This document shows, one piece after another, positions 9,856 to 18,177 of a stretch of 64,000 bases of DNA; positions within the stretch are counted from its first letter, which is position 1; each line of letters starts with the position of its first letter. Origin of the DNA: Nitrosopumilaceae archaeon (GTDB lineage: Archaea; Thermoproteota; Nitrososphaeria; Nitrososphaerales; Nitrosopumilaceae); assembly GCA_965214835.1 (NCBI GenBank), contig CBDCCK010000002.1:2464001-2528000 (forward strand), in the 5' to 3' direction. The position numbers and the translations under genes are program-made. The notes under the pieces were generated by a model. That model was not told the origin of the DNA. It saw only the letters and a list, made by a program, of their open reading frames with translations, and ran no database searches.

Positions 9856-10599
9856 ATGTCGGTCAAAAACGTAATCAAGGACAACTATAACATGATGCTT
9901 CTCAAGGACTACCTACGGGAGAAGATCAAGGATGCGGGATTCTCCCACGTCGAGATGGCAAAGACGCCCACGGGTACCAGGGTCTCGCTGCATGTCACAA
10001 GGCCCGGAATAGTAATCGGCAGAAAGGGCTCCGGAATCAAGGAGCTGACGGAGGTTCTTGGCACGAGGTTCGGGCTGAAAAACCCGCAGATCTCAGTCGA
10101 GGAGATAGACAGGCCGGAGCTGTCGCCAAGCGTCATGTGCAACAGGATTGCCACGCACATCTCGCGCGGGATCGCATTCAGGCGCGCGACCATGTGGACG
10201 CTAAAGCAGATCATGGAGAGCGGCGCGATGGGCGTGCAGATTACGGTCTCAGGCAAGCTCAGGGGGGACAGATCGGCATTTGAAAAGCACACCCAGGGCG
10301 TGCTGCCAAGGGCCGGACACCATGCGGAGGTCATAGTATCGGAGGACGTCGCGCACGTAGAGACCCCGATGGGGCTGATCGGCGTCAGAATAAGGATTGC
10401 AAGAAAGGAGAAGGTGGTTCCGGAGTTTGAGATGAGGATCCCAAGGCCAAGGCAGGTCAAGGACGCAGAGACCGGAAAGATGCGGGACGAGACAGAAAAG
10501 GAGCGCAAGGCAAGGACAGAGTCCGAGCAGATTGCAATTGAGGAGGAGAAGATGAAGAACCTTGAGACGCTCGAAGAGGAGGAGGCGAGGCTAAAGTGA
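9856..10599 (+). CDS. rps3: 30S ribosomal protein S3
   Basis: KH motif [17 protein letters not shown]. Confidence 0.97.
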   Translation: MSVKNVIKDNYNMMLLKDYLREKIKDAGFSHVEMAKTPTGTRVSLHVTRPGIVIGRKGSGIKELTEVLGTRFGLKNPQISVEEIDRPELSPSVMCNRIATHISRGIAFRRATMWTLKQIMESGAMGVQITVSGKLRGDRSAFEKHTQGVLPRAGHHAEVIVSEDVAHVETPMGLIGVRIRIARKEKVVPEFEMRIPRPRQVKDAETGKMRDETEKERKARTESEQIAIEEEKMKNLETLEEEEARLK

Positions 10600-10799
10600 G
10601 CAGGATCAGCATGAAGACAATCAGGCAGCTAAACGAGTCGGATCTCAGGCACAGGATCCAGGAGGCCCGCGTGGAGCTGGGCAAGCTGCGGACCGACGGC
10701 GCAAAGGGCACGCTGCGCAAGGAAAGCGGGAAGATCAAAGCAGTCAAAAGGGACATTGCAAGGATGATGACGAGGATAAGCGAGTTGAGGAACGCATGA
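10596..10799 (+). CDS. rpl29: 50S ribosomal protein L29
   Basis: [13 protein letters not shown]; operon position. Confidence 0.93.
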   Translation: MSRISMKTIRQLNESDLRHRIQEARVELGKLRTDGAKGTLRKESGKIKAVKRDIARMMTRISELRNA

Positions 10800-11062
10800 T
10801 AACTACAGACAACATCTCAAGGCACGAGCTTGTCGGGCTGCCGGCCGTCATATCGGCATCTGCCAACGCGCAGCTGGTGGGCATGTCAGGGGTGGTAATC
10901 GACGAGACGAGATCCACCCTCGTACTGGAGACGCAGTCGGGAGTCAAGAGGATTCCAAAGGATGCAAGCACGTGGACCTTTAGGGTGGCCGGCCGGGACA
11001 TACGGGTCGAGGGCGGCAGGATTTTAAGGCGTCCTGCAGAGAGACTGGTGATCAAGACATGA
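10796..11062 (+). CDS. rnp1: RNase P protein component 1 (Rpp29/POP4)
   Basis: HELVGL, G.VIDET..TL, IPK, RPAER. Confidence 0.92.
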   Translation: MITTDNISRHELVGLPAVISASANAQLVGMSGVVIDETRSTLVLETQSGVKRIPKDASTWTFRVAGRDIRVEGGRILRRPAERLVIKT

Positions 11063-11382
11063 GCAGGAACATAGGACTGGATGTAAGCCCCCCGGGCGAG
11101 GAGTGTGCCGACGCGCACTGCCCGTTCCACGGAAGGCTGTCCGTCCGGGGAAAGCTCTTTGAGGGTATAGCCACGGGCACAAAGGCCAGGCAGACCATAA
11201 CCCTGCAAAAGGACGCGCCGACATACATGAGCAAGTTCAAGAGGTATGCAAGAAGCAAGAGCACCATCCACGCGCACGTGCCCGGATGCATCTCGGTTAG
11301 GGACGGGGACGTCGTCAAGACCGCAGAATGCAGGCCGATATCAAAGTCGGTATCATATGTGGTGGTGGAGGTCAGGCGGTAA
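11059..11382 (+). CDS. rps17: 30S ribosomal protein S17
   Basis: CPFHG.LSVRG, ECRPISK. Confidence 0.97.
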   Translation: MSRNIGLDVSPPGEECADAHCPFHGRLSVRGKLFEGIATGTKARQTITLQKDAPTYMSKFKRYARSKSTIHAHVPGCISVRDGDVVKTAECRPISKSVSYVVVEVRR

Positions 11383-11816
11383 TGTCGCAGGGACGCAGCA
11401 GGGGCAAGGCAAAGGGTGTCTCAGAGTTCAGGCCGTACGTGACCAAGGCGCTGCCAATTGGCGCCGAGATCGTATGTGCGGACAACTCGGGCGCCAAGAT
11501 CATAGAGATCGTGATGGTTCCCGGGCACAAGACTAGGGTCTCAAGGCTGCCGGCAGCCTCGGTGGGCGACTTTGTAAACGTGGTGGTAAAAAAGGGCCCG
11601 GCCGAGCTGAGAAAGCAGGTGTTCGGCGCGGTGGTCATCAGGCAAAAGTATCCGGTCAGGAGGCTAAACGGGGTACGGGTCGCCTTTGAGGACAATGCGG
11701 CGGTGCTCATGACCCCGGAGGGGGAGGCAAAGGGCACCGACATCAAGGGACCGGTTGCAGCAGAGGCCTCGGAGAAGTGGCCAAGGGTCGCAAACCTGGC
11801 ATCGATGGTGGTATAG
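11382..11816 (+). CDS. rpl14: 50S ribosomal protein L14
   Basis: CADNSGAK, FEDNAAV, IKGPVA. Confidence 0.97.
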   Translation: MSQGRSRGKAKGVSEFRPYVTKALPIGAEIVCADNSGAKIIEIVMVPGHKTRVSRLPAASVGDFVNVVVKKGPAELRKQVFGAVVIRQKYPVRRLNGVRVAFEDNAAVLMTPEGEAKGTDIKGPVAAEASEKWPRVANLASMVV

Positions 11817-11819
11817 GGG

Positions 11820-13028
11820 ATGAAGCCAACAAAGATGAGAAACTCGCAGATGTACCGCGCAGCCTACGCGGCTAAAAGCGCGCAGGTATCCAGCCCACTC
11901 TCAAAGAACCTGCAGGGCAAGTACGTAAAAAAGTCCGTCAGGATAGTCGCAGGTGACGCGGTCAGGGTAGTCAGGGGCGAGTACAAGGGGGTTGACGGCA
12001 AGGTCGCGCAGGTCGATACTGCAACCGGCAGGATATCAATAGAGGGAATCAAAAAGGAAAAGACCCGCGGGGACAAGTACGACGTGTTCATCCACGCATC
12101 AAACCTCATAGTCACCGATCTTGACACGGAGGATCCGTGGAGGATGAGAAAGCTAAAGGGAGACGGCAAAGCGCCATCCGGACAGGCATCCCGGGAGGAT
12201 TCAGGGGCCGAGGATGCTGCCCCCCAGCGGGTTCATCTGGGCATACCCGACTCTGAGCCGGCACCCACGGAGCAGGAGGGAGAGGATGCTGCCCCCCAGC
12301 GGGTTCATCTGGGCATACCCGACTCTGAGCCGGCACCCACGGAGGATCAAGCTGGAGAGCCAGTGCAGTCCGAGGAGCAGGCCGCTGATGATGCAGGCGC
12401 AGAGTCAGAGGATCAGGCCGGAGAGCCAGTGCAGTCCGAGGAGCAGGCCACCGATGATGCAGACACGGCCGGCGCAGAGTCCAAAGATCAAGCTGGAGAG
12501 CCAGTGCAGTCCGAGGAGCAGGCCACCGATGATGCAGGCGCAGAGTCCAAAGATCAAGCTGGAGAGCCAGTGCAGTCCGAGGAGCAGGCCGCTGATGATG
12601 CAGACACGGCCGGCGCAGAGTCCAAAGATCAAGCTGGAGAGCCAGTGCAGTCCGAACAGCAGGCCGCTGATGATGCAGGCGCAGAGTCAGAGGATCAGGC
12701 CGGAGAGCCAGTGCAGTCCGAGGAGCAGGCCACCGATGATGCAGACACGGCCGGCGCAGAGTCAGAGGATCAGGCCGGAGAGCCAGTGCAGTCCGAGGAG
12801 CAGGCCACCGATGATGCAGGCGCAGAGTCAGAGGATCAGGCCGGAGAGCCAGTGCAGTCCGAGGAGCAGGCCACCGATGATGCAGACACGGCCGGCGCAG
12901 AGTCCGAGCAGGAACAAACAAAGAGCAAGGAAAGGTCATGGATGTCACGGTTCCGGTCACGTGTGACACGGACGTCAGAACCGGAACAAACTAAAGACAA
13001 AGAAAAGTCAGGAGATGCAGAAGAATAA
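11820..13028 (+). CDS. rpl24: 50S ribosomal protein L24 with a ~290-aa acidic repetitive C-terminal extension
   Basis: KOW motif GDAVRVVRGEYKG and IHASNL in the first ~112 aa; frame stays open to a stop overlapping the rps4e ATG. Confidence 0.93.
   Translation: MKPTKMRNSQMYRAAYAAKSAQVSSPLSKNLQGKYVKKSVRIVAGDAVRVVRGEYKGVDGKVAQVDTATGRISIEGIKKEKTRGDKYDVFIHASNLIVTDLDTEDPWRMRKLKGDGKAPSGQASREDSGAEDAAPQRVHLGIPDSEPAPTEQEGEDAAPQRVHLGIPDSEPAPTEDQAGEPVQSEEQAADDAGAESEDQAGEPVQSEEQATDDADTAGAESKDQAGEPVQSEEQATDDAGAESKDQAGEPVQSEEQAADDADTAGAESKDQAGEPVQSEQQAADDAGAESEDQAGEPVQSEEQATDDADTAGAESEDQAGEPVQSEEQATDDAGAESEDQAGEPVQSEEQATDDADTAGAESEQEQTKSKERSWMSRFRSRVTRTSEPEQTKDKEKSGDAEE
12210..12908 (+). repeat. in-frame tandem repeats in rpl24: two 72-nt-period units, then 8 units alternating 66/75 nt
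   Basis: EDAAPQRVHLGIPDSEPAPTE x2; DQAGEPVQSEEQA(A/T)DDA(DTA)GAES(E/K) x8 at 12345..12908. Confidence 0.95.
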
Positions 13029-13744
13029 TGGTAAGCATATCGGGAAGCAAAAAGCTCAAGCGCCAGATGGCGCCGCTGTTCTGGGGAATCGGCAGGAAGG
13101 ACAAGAGGTTCGTAGTAACGGTAAGGCCGGGCCCGCACCCCAAGAGCCAGTCAATCCCAAGCGCGGTATTTCTGAGAGATACGCTGAGGATTGTCAGCTC
13201 GCTGAGGGAGGCAAAGTCGGCCATCTATTCTGGCAGCGTAAGGGTGGACGGCATAGTCAGGAGGTCACTGCACCACGGCATAGGACTGATGGACGTAGTA
13301 GAGCTGGACAACGTCGAGGATGTCTACAGGCTGGTTCCGGGAAGGGGCGCGCCGCTGACGCCGATAAAGATTAGTCCCGAGGAGAAGGCAAAGAAGCTCT
13401 GCAGGGTCACATCAAAGGTGTCAATCAGGGGCAAAAGGACGCAGATAGGGCTCCATGACGGGAGAACGATCATTGCCGACACGGATGCAAGGCCGGGCGA
13501 TACATGCGTGGTTCAGATCCCCGAGCAAAAAATACTGGAGACCATACGGCTCGAGGAGGGCGCACAAATCATAGTTACAAAGGGTACAAACGCAGGACAG
13601 ACCGGCACCATTGAAAAGATCGAGGGTGGAACCTTCAACCTTCCGCGGAGGGCGCAAGTCACCCTCGGGGACAGAAGGATCGAGATTCAGACCGACAACA
13701 CGATGGCAATAGGAAGGAACAGTCCGGCAATCCAGATACGGTGA
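13028..13744 (+). CDS. rps4e: 30S ribosomal protein S4e
   Basis: LKRQMAP, PGPH, LHDGR, G.NAG..G. Confidence 0.97.
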   Translation: MVSISGSKKLKRQMAPLFWGIGRKDKRFVVTVRPGPHPKSQSIPSAVFLRDTLRIVSSLREAKSAIYSGSVRVDGIVRRSLHHGIGLMDVVELDNVEDVYRLVPGRGAPLTPIKISPEEKAKKLCRVTSKVSIRGKRTQIGLHDGRTIIADTDARPGDTCVVQIPEQKILETIRLEEGAQIIVTKGTNAGQTGTIEKIEGGTFNLPRRAQVTLGDRRIEIQTDNTMAIGRNSPAIQIR

Positions 13745-13749
13745 TATCC

Positions 13750-14271
13750 ATGGCTCAACAGACACAACAGGTTATGAAAAAGATCTTCCTTGAAAAGGTG
13801 GTACTCAACATGGGGATCGGCAGATCCGGGGACGCAATCGAGGCGGGCAAAAGGTGCCTCGAGCAGATTTCCGGCAAAAAGCCAAACGCAAGGGAGGCAA
13901 GGCAGACGCTCAGGGACTGGGGGGTAAGAAAGGGGGAGCCCATCGGCGTCGCAGTGACTGCCAGGGGCCAGGATGCAAGGGTTCTGCTAAAGAGGCTGCT
14001 TGATGCAAAGGCAAACAAGGTAAGCGGGAGATCCTTTGACGACTTTGGCAACCTCTCGTTTGGAATCCGGGAGCACATAGACATCCCAGACGTAAAGTAC
14101 GACCCCCAGATAGGGATCCTAGGACTGGAGGTGGCAGTGGCGCTTGCAAGGCCCGGATACAGCATCAGAAAGCGCAGCAAGCACAAGGCAAGCGTGGGCA
14201 AGAGGCACGTCATTACAAGCGAGGAGGCAAAGAACTACATGAAGGAAGAGTTTGGGGTTGACATAACATAA
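13750..14271 (+). CDS. rpl5: 50S ribosomal protein L5
   Basis: KVVLNMG, GNLSFGIREHID, YDPQIGILG. Confidence 0.97.
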   Translation: MAQQTQQVMKKIFLEKVVLNMGIGRSGDAIEAGKRCLEQISGKKPNAREARQTLRDWGVRKGEPIGVAVTARGQDARVLLKRLLDAKANKVSGRSFDDFGNLSFGIREHIDIPDVKYDPQIGILGLEVAVALARPGYSIRKRSKHKASVGKRHVITSEEAKNYMKEEFGVDIT

Positions 14272-14450
14272 TGGCAAAGGACAGGTCGTATGAGGCAACG
14301 GGCAGAAAGCAGCACAAGTTCGGGCGGGGCTCGAGATGGTGCAAGAGGTGCGGGGACTATACGGCGGTAATCCAGAAATACAACCTCATGATATGCAGGC
14401 GGTGCTTTCGGGAAGTGGCAGGATCCTTGGGATTCAGGAAGAACAGGTGA
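14271..14450 (+). CDS. rps14: 30S ribosomal protein S14 (absent from ORF track)
   Basis: MAKDRS...GRGSRWCKRCG...ICRRCFREVA.SLGF. Confidence 0.95.
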   Translation: MAKDRSYEATGRKQHKFGRGSRWCKRCGDYTAVIQKYNLMICRRCFREVAGSLGFRKNR

Positions 14451-14454
14451 TAGC

Positions 14455-14847
14455 ATGCCGGCAACCAACGTACTAGCAAACCTGTTTGTCACGCTGTACA
14501 ACAACGAGGCAAGGCGCAAGAGCGAGTGCACTATTCTGCCCACGTCCAAGCTCGGCGTGGAGGTCCTCAAGACCCTGCAAAAGGAGGGATACGTGGGGGA
14601 GTTTGAGCGCATAGAGGACAACAGGGGGGGCAAGTTCAGGATAAAGCTGCTGGCAAAGATCAACAAGTGCGGCGCAATCTCGCCTAGGTTCAAGGTGGGA
14701 AAGGACGAGTACCCGGCATGGGAGCAGCAGTACCTGCCGGCATACGACAGGGGCGTGCTGCTAGTCACCACAAACCAGGGCGTAATGTCGCATCATGACG
14801 CGGTAAGCAGGGGAATAGGGGGGTTTCTGATAGGATATGTCTACTAG
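14455..14847 (+). CDS. rps8: 30S ribosomal protein S8
   Basis: INKCGAISPRF, TTNQGVMSH, GIGG. Confidence 0.97.
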   Translation: MPATNVLANLFVTLYNNEARRKSECTILPTSKLGVEVLKTLQKEGYVGEFERIEDNRGGKFRIKLLAKINKCGAISPRFKVGKDEYPAWEQQYLPAYDRGVLLVTTNQGVMSHHDAVSRGIGGFLIGYVY

Positions 14848-15394
14848 ACAGGCAGAAAAGTTCGAGGCACAGGTAGAGATCCCGGAGGGCGTCACGGTGG
14901 GCCTCAAGAGGCACATGCTGGAGGTCAGCGGTCCGCTGGGCAGGACGTTTAAGAGCTTTAGAAAGATTCCGGTAAGGCTGGAGGTCGGCGACAACAGGGT
15001 ACTGCTAAAGGCCGCAGGATTCAGGAAGAGGGATCGCTCCATAATGAACACGGCAAGGTCGATAATCAGGAACCTGTGCGAGGGCGTCGTCAATGGATAC
15101 ACAATAAAAATGAGGGTCGTCTTTGCACACTTTCCAATAACGGTAAAGGCCGAGGACGGCAGGGTTCTGATCGAGAACTTTCAGGGGGAGCGGGCAGCAA
15201 GGGTCGCCAAGATAGAGGGCAGCGCCAAGGTGATCCCAAAGGGCGAGGACGTGCTAGTCACGGGCCACGTCAAGACAGAGGTGTCGCAGACGGCTGCAAA
15301 CATACAGCTCAAGACGCGGGTAAAGGACAAGGACCACAGGGTGTTCCTTGACGGTATATACATAACCGAAGAGTCGGCGGGAATAGCAAAGTGA
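14837..15394 (+). CDS. rpl6: 50S ribosomal protein L6
   Basis: AHFPI, NFQGER, KD.RVFLDGIY. Confidence 0.97.
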   Translation: MSTRQAEKFEAQVEIPEGVTVGLKRHMLEVSGPLGRTFKSFRKIPVRLEVGDNRVLLKAAGFRKRDRSIMNTARSIIRNLCEGVVNGYTIKMRVVFAHFPITVKAEDGRVLIENFQGERAARVAKIEGSAKVIPKGEDVLVTGHVKTEVSQTAANIQLKTRVKDKDHRVFLDGIYITEESAGIAK

Positions 15395-15407
15395 GAGTGC
15401 GGCACCC

Positions 15408-15692
15408 TTGAATCCGGAATTTAAAAGCATAATCAAGAATCTCATCCTGGGCGCCCTGGAAAAGTCCAAAAAGTTCGATGAGCTTCCAAGGGAGGCGCGG
15501 GTCTGGAAATGCGAGAACACGGGGGACTTTCTTTGCGGGCACTTTGTAGGCGAGATTACAGGCATCGCCATAGGCTCGTTTCCAATCTTTCATGACGGCA
15601 GGGAGCCTACTGTCAAGGAGCACATGGAAATCAAGGCGCTGCTTGAGGATCTACATGATGAGATCAAGGAGTTTTTCGAACAGTACAACTGA
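15408..15692 (+). CDS. hypothetical protein
   Basis: 94-aa ORF directly after rpl6. Confidence 0.7.
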   Translation: MNPEFKSIIKNLILGALEKSKKFDELPREARVWKCENTGDFLCGHFVGEITGIAIGSFPIFHDGREPTVKEHMEIKALLEDLHDEIKEFFEQYN

Positions 15693-15745
15693 GTTTTTGC
15701 GCTTTCGCAAGGATTAAATCGCATCTGCCAGGATCGGAGACTAGT

Positions 15746-15822
15746 GCCGCCCTAGCTCAGCGTGGTAGAGCGTCGGACTGTTAATCCGTTGGTCGCCAGT
15801 TCAAGTCTGGTGGGCGGCGCCA
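15746..15822 (+). tRNA. tRNA-Asn(GTT), CCA encoded
   Basis: Acceptor stem GCCGCCC/GGGCGGC, D arm GCTCAGCGTGGTAGAGC, anticodon loop CT-GTT-AA, T loop GTTCAAGT. Confidence 0.95.
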
Positions 15823-16050
15823 CCATACGTTCTGGTTCTACAAGGGCTTTTTCGGCCGGGTGCAGGCGGCGCACTGCATGGCAGTATCCCGCGGCATCCT
15901 ACCTGACTGTAGTGCCATACAGCTGGGGCCCTTCAGTGCTTTCGGACGTGTTTTGTCATATCTGGTGGGGCAATAATTAAAATAATTGCCCCAGCTTGCC
16001 CTTGGCCAGACGTGCATACGTATTTTATCCGTGAAAAAGGCAGTACGGAC

Positions 16051-17712
16051 ATGGCACAGCAGGTTCCAGACATCATACCGGTACGGATGCTTACGCAGTA
16101 TGCGTATTGCAAGCGTCTCTCATACATGGAATGGGTCCAGGGCGAGTTTGAATACAATACGGAGGTGATAGAGGGCAAACATAATCACCGCAACGTGGAC
16201 AAGTCATCTGAGAGAAGAAAGGCAGGAAAGGAGGAAGATGAAAAGATCCATACGCGCTCCGTTACGCTCTCTGATGACAAAATTGGCCTCGTAGCAAAGA
16301 TGGATCTGCTGGAGATAAGCGGCAGTCATGCCACCCCGGTAGAGTACAAACGAGGCAGCACGCCAGATACTGCCGAGAGGACGCATCTGGATCACAGGAT
16401 ACAGGTGTGCGCGCAGGGGCTCCTGCTGCGTGCCAACGGATACGAATGCACAAAGGGCATAGTCTACTATGTGTCCTCAAAGCAGCGCGTAGAGGTGGAC
16501 TTTGATGACAGGATGGTGGCAGAGACGCTGCAGATGATACACGACATGAAGGAGACGATGGCCCTGGGCTCCATGCCTCCCCCGCTGGTAGACAGCCCCA
16601 AGTGCCCGAGATGCTCGCTTGTTGGCATATGCATGCCCGATGAGACCAACATGCTCTCCGATGTCGGGTCAGGTACGAGCCAAGAGCGGATCCGCAGAAT
16701 GTATCCAATGAGGGACGACGCGGTTCCGGTATACGTGCAAGAGCAGGGCGCGCGCGTTACAAAGTCCAATGACCGCATACATGTCATGATAAACGGGCAG
16801 GTGGCAAGGAAGATCCGCCTCATTGACATCTCTGAGATCACGCTGTTTGGAAACGTGCAGATTACAACCCAGGCCGTACGGGAGCTGTGCAACAGAAACA
16901 TACCCATATGCTACATGACCTATGGCGGGTGGTTTACAGGCATGACCACCGGCATGGTACACAAGAACATAGAGCTTCGCATGGCCCAGCATAAAAAGCA
17001 CTCGGCCAACAACGCGAGGATGGACATAGCCAGGAGCATAGTATACGGGAAGATCAAAAACTGCACTACGCTGCTGCGCAGAAACCACAAGGGCATGCCG
17101 GAGAAGGTGCTTGGCAGGCTTGACGAGTTTGCAGATCAAGCAAGGCACGCCCGCAGGTATGACGCCCTGCTGGGCATCGAGGGCATGGCGGCAAGGGTGT
17201 ACTTTTCAGAGTTCAATGGCATGATAAAGGACGAATCCGTCGGCTTTGAGTTCACGGAAAGGAACAGGAGGCCTCCCCGCGATCCCATCAATGCGCTCCT
17301 GTCATTTCTGTACTCTGTCCTGACGCGGCAGGCCACAGTTACTGCAGGCAGGGTCGGGCTGGATCCGTATCTTGGGTTTTTGCACATGCCAAAGTACGGG
17401 CGTCCCGCCCTGGCACTTGATCTGATAGAGGAGTTCAGGCCGCTTGTTGCAGACTCTGTGTGCATCACGGTCATAAACGGCGGTGAGGTTACAAACAAGG
17501 ACATGATAAAGACAAAATTCGGCGTCAACATGACGTCTGCGGGAAGGCGCGCAGTCATAGCCGCATACGAGAGGCGCATGGACTCTACCGTGACACACCC
17601 GGCCCTTGGCTATTCGGCAAGCTACCGGCGCATCATGGAGACTCAGGCAAGGCTGCTCTCAAGGCACCTGCTAGACGAGATACCCTCATATCCTGCATTT
17701 AGGACAAGATGA
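16051..17712 (+). CDS. cas1: Cas4-Cas1 fusion (type I-G)
   Basis: Cas4 motifs YAYCKR, PVEYKRG, CPRCSLVGIC; Cas1 motifs LGIEG.AA..YF, RRPPRDP.NALLS, LALDLIEEFRP. Confidence 0.96.
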   Translation: MAQQVPDIIPVRMLTQYAYCKRLSYMEWVQGEFEYNTEVIEGKHNHRNVDKSSERRKAGKEEDEKIHTRSVTLSDDKIGLVAKMDLLEISGSHATPVEYKRGSTPDTAERTHLDHRIQVCAQGLLLRANGYECTKGIVYYVSSKQRVEVDFDDRMVAETLQMIHDMKETMALGSMPPPLVDSPKCPRCSLVGICMPDETNMLSDVGSGTSQERIRRMYPMRDDAVPVYVQEQGARVTKSNDRIHVMINGQVARKIRLIDISEITLFGNVQITTQAVRELCNRNIPICYMTYGGWFTGMTTGMVHKNIELRMAQHKKHSANNARMDIARSIVYGKIKNCTTLLRRNHKGMPEKVLGRLDEFADQARHARRYDALLGIEGMAARVYFSEFNGMIKDESVGFEFTERNRRPPRDPINALLSFLYSVLTRQATVTAGRVGLDPYLGFLHMPKYGRPALALDLIEEFRPLVADSVCITVINGGEVTNKDMIKTKFGVNMTSAGRRAVIAAYERRMDSTVTHPALGYSASYRRIMETQARLLSRHLLDEIPSYPAFRTR

Positions 17713-17715
17713 GGC

Positions 17716-18006
17716 ATGCGCAACAGGTATCTGGTGTGTTATGATGTCAGCGATCCCGTGCGGCTTGTCAAGACGTACAAAAAGATGAACGGATACGGGG
17801 ATCCGGCGCAGTACTCTGTCTTTATGTGCGACCTTAGCGCAGGGGAGCTGGTAATGATGAAGGAAGAGCTAGGAGATCTGCTAAACCTTGACGAGGACAG
17901 GGTTCTCATAGTGGACATTGGGCCTGCAGAAAAGCAGGACAGGCGCATAATGACGATGGGGGCGGCGCCATCTAGAACCAAAAGGGAGGCATCCATCGTA
18001 GTATGA
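17716..18006 (+). CDS. cas2: CRISPR-associated endoribonuclease Cas2
   Basis: YLVCYDVSD, QYSVF. Confidence 0.96.
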   Translation: MRNRYLVCYDVSDPVRLVKTYKKMNGYGDPAQYSVFMCDLSAGELVMMKEELGDLLNLDEDRVLIVDIGPAEKQDRRIMTMGAAPSRTKREASIVV

Positions 18007-18177
18007 CGTACGAGAGGCCCGGAGCGCTTGCGTTACGAGGGAGGTGTTTGAAAACACGTTATATATGAGGATGGGGGCGCATGCCATCCAAGTGCACTCG
18101 ATACGAAAAACGCAAGTGCTGTACAAAAAAGATGCTGATCACACACCCGTAATGACCGATACAGTCGGGATTACGGG
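18007..18177 (+). promoter_or_regulatory. CRISPR leader
   Basis: Non-coding stretch between cas2 and the first repeat; TTATATAT at ~18059; inverted repeats. Confidence 0.8.

Noticed and set aside
12112-12969. Alternative-frame and antisense repeat ORFs over the rpl24 tail
   Set aside because: By-products of in-frame repeats lacking stop codons.
15800-15825. tRNA 3' end as an att site of an integrated element
   Set aside because: No duplicate of the tRNA 3' end and no tyrosine integrase seen in the window.
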